Positions 59,158 through 64,000 of a stretch of DNA of 64,000 bases are shown here, piece after piece; positions within the stretch are counted from its first letter, which is position 1; every line of letters starts with the position of its first letter. Location: contig DF237228.1 in the NCBI GenBank assembly GCA_000708835.1, forward strand, positions 51,512-115,511, given 5' to 3'. Below the pieces are notes generated by a model. It made no database searches. It was not told the DNA's origin and saw only the letters and a program-made list of their open reading frames with translations. This stretch comes from Klebsormidium nitens (lineage: Eukaryota; Plantae; Klebsormidiophyceae). The position numbers were made by a program, and so were the translations under genes.

Positions 59158-62004
59158 ATGGCAACAAACTCGATCGCGGGCGTGTTGGAAGCGTATGCAC
59201 AAGAAGGACTATACGCTATCCCGGCAAAAGTTAGAGCAACGGACGAAGGATCGAAGGAGATTCTGGCAACGATGCCGCATACAAAAGGCAATCACGCTAT
59301 ACGAACGGTGTCCGATTGGAGAATGGCAAGGGATCGAATCATGGAAAAGTTTGGAAAAGAACGATACAACTTCTTCGCAATTAAGACGGGAGCCATTTCG
59401 GACATCTTCGTGCTCGATGTAGACACACGAGACAAACCAGAGAAAGATCTCCAAGCTGGCATGCCTCTCTGGAATAGATTAATTGCGGAACACGGAGAAC
59501 CAGACACTTTAAAAGCCACTTCTGCCAGCGGAGGCCTCCATTACTACTTCTCGTATGGTGAATCACTCAAAGACGGACTCCAATCAGGAAAGTGTTTTGC
59601 TGGAGTGGACTATGAGGGCCAGTATTATGGAATCGATGGGCGCGGAGATGGAGGCATCGTTCTGGCCCCACCGGGCTCACCTGAGATTGGGTTGAATTAC
59701 ACTTGGTGCGCACAACCTTCAAGGACAAATATCCGACCAGCTCCATTATGGGTGATCCATTTCCTCAACGATTCTGCTGGAAGATCCGCAAACAAGAGTC
59801 TCGCGTCGACTTCGAGCAATCGAATCCAAGAGTTGTCAGCAAACGGTGCTGATTTCGAGCAAGCAAGCGGGCTCGAATCGCCAAACACCAAGGAATACAT
59901 ACAAACGGAAAAGCACACCGAGAGTTTACACGAGACACAATCAATCGAGCACGAAAAAATTGCCGATGCAATGATGGCTTTGTTGCAAAACAACGGACTC
60001 GATACGAATGTTCAATTCTCCGGCAATGTGACCTTCCGTGGTCCATACGGCATGCTCTATTCATTCATCTGTGATGGTCCACGAACGTGCATACACGGCC
60101 ATCAGCACGGCGGTAGCAATAATCTGACGCTTGTAAAGCGAGGTTGGACGGTATTCTATCGATGCCATGGCATCGAATGCACAGAAAAGCCTCTTGCGTT
60201 GCTCGGCAATATCCCTCTTCCAGCATCGTTGCTGGATGCCAATCATGTACGTGTGCATCCCACGCACGATTGGTCTACCTTTCCCAACAATATAAGGACC
60301 CTGTCGGACGCTTCCCTGGAGGCACATATCAACCTCATAAGGCGTAATGTGACGCAGCGCTATCGAGGAATGGCAGCCATTTTCTCGGCTGTGTATCTCG
60401 TTGACGGACGCATTATTGCTGAGGGTAAAACATTTCAATACTGGAACGGTTGCCGATGGATCATCGACGATGCGTTCCATATACAAAGTGTGTTTAGTAG
60501 CCACATGTCTCGTATCATGTCTTGGTATGCGAAGCAGAGACTCAATGCCTTCAAGCAAAAAATCCGCGAATATATGAGAGACGCTACAACATGGCAAAAC
60601 GCACCCCTAACACCGGAATCGTCTCTTCCGGATTGGGCATTGAACCCAACGACTGAGGAAGAGCGAAAAATATGCACCGCCGCATGGAAATCAGTCAATC
60701 AGGCCTACCCATATCCCGAGAAGCGTGACCATGTAGACCTGACGCGGGGATCTGAGGTCCGTGTTTGCCTTGAATTTGTTACGAATGCACTGCAAGCTCC
60801 CCAAGCTCTTAGTGACTTGATGGATATTGCCAATCCGTATCAGTTTGCATGTGCCAACGGAATCATCGACACTGAGACCGGAAAGTTGCTCGCATTTCAT
60901 CCTTCTCATCTATGTTCGCGTGCGTCAAAGGCAGCATTTCGTGGAATGCCACAAGCTGGAAGCCGATTCGAAAAGTTTTTGCTCGATTGCTTCAATGAAG
61001 AGAGAGAAGTGCTCGAATGGTATCAACTCTTCTGCGGCTACTGTATGAGTACAGATACCAGTGAACAATTGTTCTTAATCAAGCAGGGCGCTGGAGCTAA
61101 CGGTAAGTCATTGACAAAGCTAGCTAACTTCGAAGTTTTGGGTAACTACGCTATTGTTATGTCTGAGGACTGCATAATCGAGGCCGGCAAACGTTCGGCT
61201 GGATCAGCATCGAGCCATATTATGGCGCTCCGCAGTGGAAGGCTGGCGGAGACCGACGAATCGGGTGAGAAAGCCGTCTTGAACGAAGCTGCAATGAAAG
61301 CGCTCTCGGGATCTGGCACGACTACAGGGCGCGAGCTGCATACCAAACAAGATACGTTTCAGATCACCGTCAAGACTGTCCTAAATACCAACTATCGACC
61401 TATCCTTCAGAATGTATCCTACTGTGTTACAAGGCGTTTGGCACTCCTCCCGATGTTGGTCACCTTTCTACCACCCGAAAAACTGGATTCTAGCAAACCC
61501 CGCCAAAAACTCATGGATACTACGCTCGAAGCGTATCTGAAAAGCGACCAGGGGCGAGAAGAGGGTCTTTCCTGGTACGCAGAGGGGGCCAAACGGTATC
61601 ACGAGCTGAAGCGTGCAAATCCAGGAAGTCTACCATTGATGCGCCGTCCTCGCGTCATGGAGGAAGCTGTTAAAGTCTACATAAATGATTCGGACATTGC
61701 TAGACGATGGATTGAAGACTGTCTTGATTTCGAAGATATTAGACTGGGTGCGAGGCCGACATGGCACTTAGCCGTCGGCGAACGACTTGGAGAGGCGTTC
61801 CGAGCTTGGTTGAAAGAAGAAGACTTGACTAGCTCTTTGTCGGCAACGGCGCTAAAAAAGCGCATCTTGGATTATGCTGAAGGAAAGAATCGGGTGGTCG
61901 TGGACGGTCGATTCACAGACAGCCAAGTACAATATCGAGGACAGTTTAAAGGCCTTTCGGGGGTTCGACTGAAATCTAGCTATGAATCGCATGCGTTGGA
62001 GTAG
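59158..62004 (+). CDS. Intronless bifunctional Prim-Pol + Zn module + D5-like SF3 primase-helicase (~948 aa from the ATG at 59158)
   Basis: AIKTGAISDIFVLDVD, ATSASGGLHYYF, GIDGRGDGGIVLAPPGS; C..HGHQHGGSNN...YRCHGIEC; FQYWNGCRW, FACANGIIDTETGKL; Walker A GAGANGKS; Walker B RLAETDES; LNTNYRP; TRRL. Confidence 0.95.
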   Translation: MATNSIAGVLEAYAQEGLYAIPAKVRATDEGSKEILATMPHTKGNHAIRTVSDWRMARDRIMEKFGKERYNFFAIKTGAISDIFVLDVDTRDKPEKDLQAGMPLWNRLIAEHGEPDTLKATSASGGLHYYFSYGESLKDGLQSGKCFAGVDYEGQYYGIDGRGDGGIVLAPPGSPEIGLNYTWCAQPSRTNIRPAPLWVIHFLNDSAGRSANKSLASTSSNRIQELSANGADFEQASGLESPNTKEYIQTEKHTESLHETQSIEHEKIADAMMALLQNNGLDTNVQFSGNVTFRGPYGMLYSFICDGPRTCIHGHQHGGSNNLTLVKRGWTVFYRCHGIECTEKPLALLGNIPLPASLLDANHVRVHPTHDWSTFPNNIRTLSDASLEAHINLIRRNVTQRYRGMAAIFSAVYLVDGRIIAEGKTFQYWNGCRWIIDDAFHIQSVFSSHMSRIMSWYAKQRLNAFKQKIREYMRDATTWQNAPLTPESSLPDWALNPTTEEERKICTAAWKSVNQAYPYPEKRDHVDLTRGSEVRVCLEFVTNALQAPQALSDLMDIANPYQFACANGIIDTETGKLLAFHPSHLCSRASKAAFRGMPQAGSRFEKFLLDCFNEEREVLEWYQLFCGYCMSTDTSEQLFLIKQGAGANGKSLTKLANFEVLGNYAIVMSEDCIIEAGKRSAGSASSHIMALRSGRLAETDESGEKAVLNEAAMKALSGSGTTTGRELHTKQDTFQITVKTVLNTNYRPILQNVSYCVTRRLALLPMLVTFLPPEKLDSSKPRQKLMDTTLEAYLKSDQGREEGLSWYAEGAKRYHELKRANPGSLPLMRRPRVMEEAVKVYINDSDIARRWIEDCLDFEDIRLGARPTWHLAVGERLGEAFRAWLKEEDLTSSLSATALKKRILDYAEGKNRVVVDGRFTDSQVQYRGQFKGLSGVRLKSSYESHALE

Positions 62005-62087
62005 GTGACGACGCGTCGAACAAGCGCTTACATGCAAAGGGGAGCTATAGACTTTGCAAGCTTATTGTTATATTTTTCCAGGTCCAA

Positions 62088-62345
62088 GTTCTGGGCTTCT
62101 CCTCTGCAGACCAAAAGTCTATAAGACCACGATTTCAAGTATTTTCGATTTCAGAATTCTCCAGGGGCCATGATTGCTATAATAGAAAAGATACGGATTC
62201 CAGGTCTTTTGGGCTTCTGGTCTGCAGACCAAAAGTCTATAAGACCACGATTTCAGGTATTTTCGATTTCAGAACTCTCCAGAGGCCATGATTGCTATAA
62301 TAGAAAAGATCTGGAATCCGGGTCTTCTGGGCTTCTGGTCTGCGC
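62088..62345. repeat. 118-bp tandem repeat, ~2.2 copies
   Basis: tctgcagaccaaaagtctataagaccacgatttca at 62103 and 62221, with near-identical units. Confidence 0.9.
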
Positions 62346-62534
62346 CCCCATCTAGGCACGATCATGCCACTGGCACACGTACCTTTCTCGTTTGCACCGA
62401 AGTGGTATAGCTTCTTCTAATGATAACGACCATACATTACGCACATCGATGCTGTTGGAACATGCATGCAGCATATGATGAAACGTACAAGTCATGGTAA
62501 GTTTTCGATTGGTGTCTTTGTTTCAACAGCGTCT

Positions 62535-64000
62535 TTAGTACATCAAGAGTCGTTGCCGTACAGACGGTCTCCACGTGTCTGCTCTGCCCGCAATGCGCAG
62601 CTTTGGTTCGTCAACCCGTAGCAAGGCGCTGTTCCTTCCGCTGACTTGGTTAGGAAGGATAATCATGAACGCTACGAGGCTACTATGCCATGCTTGTGTC
62701 TTGAACTTCACGAGGAAGGCGTTGCACGACTCCACTGCCGATGTGTTGACCCATCGCACAGAGTCGTAGTAGTCTGCACGTGATCCATATGGGGATTGAG
62801 TTAGTTCATCATAGAAAAGCTTTGAGACATGGCGTTGTAGGAGAATGCCGCATAGACGTACACTCTTGAAAGGCAGTCAGAACTTGCCTCCCTATTCTAT
62901 AGAAGAGAGAGGGCGTTTTTGACTGAGTCACTCTAAATCCGCTCCTTTGCACACACACTCTGGANNNNNNNNNNNNNNNNNNNNNNNNNNNNNNNNNNNN
63001 NNNNNNNNNNNNNNNNNNNNNNNNNNNNNNNNNNNNNNNNNNNNNNNNNNNNNNNNNNNNNNNNNNNNNNNNNNNNNNNNNNNNNNNNNNNNNNNNNNNN
63101 NNNNNNNNNNNNNNNNNNNNNNNNNNNNNNNNNNNNNNNNNNNNNNNNNNNNNNNNNNNNNNNNNNNNNNNNNNNNNNNNNNNNNNNNNNNNNNNNNNNN
63201 NNNNNNNNNNNNNNNNNNNNNNNNNNNNNNNNNNNNNNNNNNNNNNNNNNNNNNNNNNNNNNNNNNNNNNNNNNNNNNNNNNNNNNNNNNNNNNNNNNNN
63301 NNNNNNNNNNNNNNNNNNNNNNNNNNNNNNNNNNNNNNNNNNNNNNNNNNNNNNNNNNNNNNNNNNNNNNCTGAGTCACTCTAAATCCGCTCCTTTGCAC
63401 ACACACTCTGGATGGGCGGCCCCTTCGAGCAGAGTAGAGCACATGTGCCTTGCAAATGCATCAGGGTCTCACCTGTGTTGTATGATGGACCACACTTGTG
63501 TGCCTCGGCGGTTGTGTGGTGGAAGTGGAATCTGCAAGGATCAAGCACGAATTGAGAACCAAAAATGTACAGCAGTGCACAGCTGAGGAAAGTCGCAATG
63601 CAATATGGCAATGGCACGGAGGATCACAAGAATTGCTCTCAACAAGAGCCGCCCCTTGGCTTGCGCAAATCTTCCGACCTTACCTATCAACCAGGAACCG
63701 AACGTCTGCAAAGAACGCTGGCTCTCTCCGCATCGCGTAGGCGCGCAGCTTGCAGGCGTTGTCGTGGATGAGGTACAGAGGAAGATCTCTCCGATTGAGC
63801 CGCGTGTACAGGACGGTGAAGGGGTCTCGCGGCGACTCCCCGCGGAGCATGACGTGGAAGCCATAGATGACACAATGAGGGCACGAGAAGACGAAGCCGC
63901 CCTTCGTGTGCCGTTGCAGACGCTTATTCTTCTTTATTCCGCTTTCCAGAGCGACCTTGGCATCGAATTCCCCGACGGTGAGCCCGCTTCGACACCGATG
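62535..64000 (-). CDS. KDZ (Kyakuja-Dileera-Zisupton) family transposase, 3' part; exons >64000-63684, 63531-63473, 62773-62535; continues beyond the window
   Basis: Spliced translation RHTKGGFVFSCPHCVIYGFHVMLRGESPRDPFTVLYTRL...LIHDNACKLRAYAMRREPAFF...LVDR|FHFHH...HKCGPSYNT|DYYDSVRWVNTSAVESCNAFL carries the KDZ CxH, ES, DxAC, DxFH..H.C and NTxxxE motifs. Intron phases match. Confidence 0.85.
62965..63370. other. Assembly gap (N run), probably a spurious overlap
   Basis: The 42 bp before the gap (62923-62964) are identical to the 42 bp after it (63371-63412). Confidence 0.9.

Larger units (their letters stand above)
55914..62004. mobile_element. Compact intronless virus-like cassette (MC1-like, YR pseudogene, YR, small ORF, primase-helicase); element boundaries not determined
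   Basis: Dense, intronless, partly overlapping genes of viral families, in contrast to the intron-rich surroundings. Confidence 0.7.

Noticed and set aside
62923-63412. 42-bp direct repeat flanking the N gap as a possible LTR or att site
   Set aside because: Exact identity right at both gap edges is typical of an unmerged contig overlap.
1-64000. rRNA, tRNA, major capsid protein, pPolB, reverse transcriptase, Helitron Rep
   Set aside because: No recognisable signatures were seen by eye. Absence is not proven without profile searches.

Overview
Eukaryotic nuclear DNA with intron-rich genes and GC-rich exons. The gene style suggests a green alga such as Klebsormidium, which is an inference only. 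The first ~28.6 kb is mostly ordinary host genes: an R2R3-MYB, a C-terminal J-domain protein, an SDR oxidoreductase, MUS81 and a hypothetical gene. From ~28.6 kb to the end it is an accessory island. The island contains: (i) a Crinkler/RHS-like PD-(D/E)xK nuclease gene; (ii) two paralogous, spliceosomal-intron-containing Prim-Pol + Zn-finger + D5/SF3 primase-helicase genes, copy A a pseudogene and copy B apparently intact, with inverted arrays of a ~100-bp repeat and covarying hairpins in their introns; (iii) a compact intronless virus-like cassette (MC1-like protein, dead tyrosine-recombinase paralog, intact tyrosine recombinase, small basic ORF, Prim-Pol/D5 primase-helicase) with no capsid gene visible in the window; and (iv) the 3' part of an intron-containing KDZ (Kyakuja-Dileera-Zisupton) transposase. 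The best candidate for an undescribed system is a tyrosine-recombinase/Prim-Pol-D5 integrating, self-replicating element family seen here in both intronless and intronized forms. All gene models and family assignments were made by eye from motifs; no searches were run.
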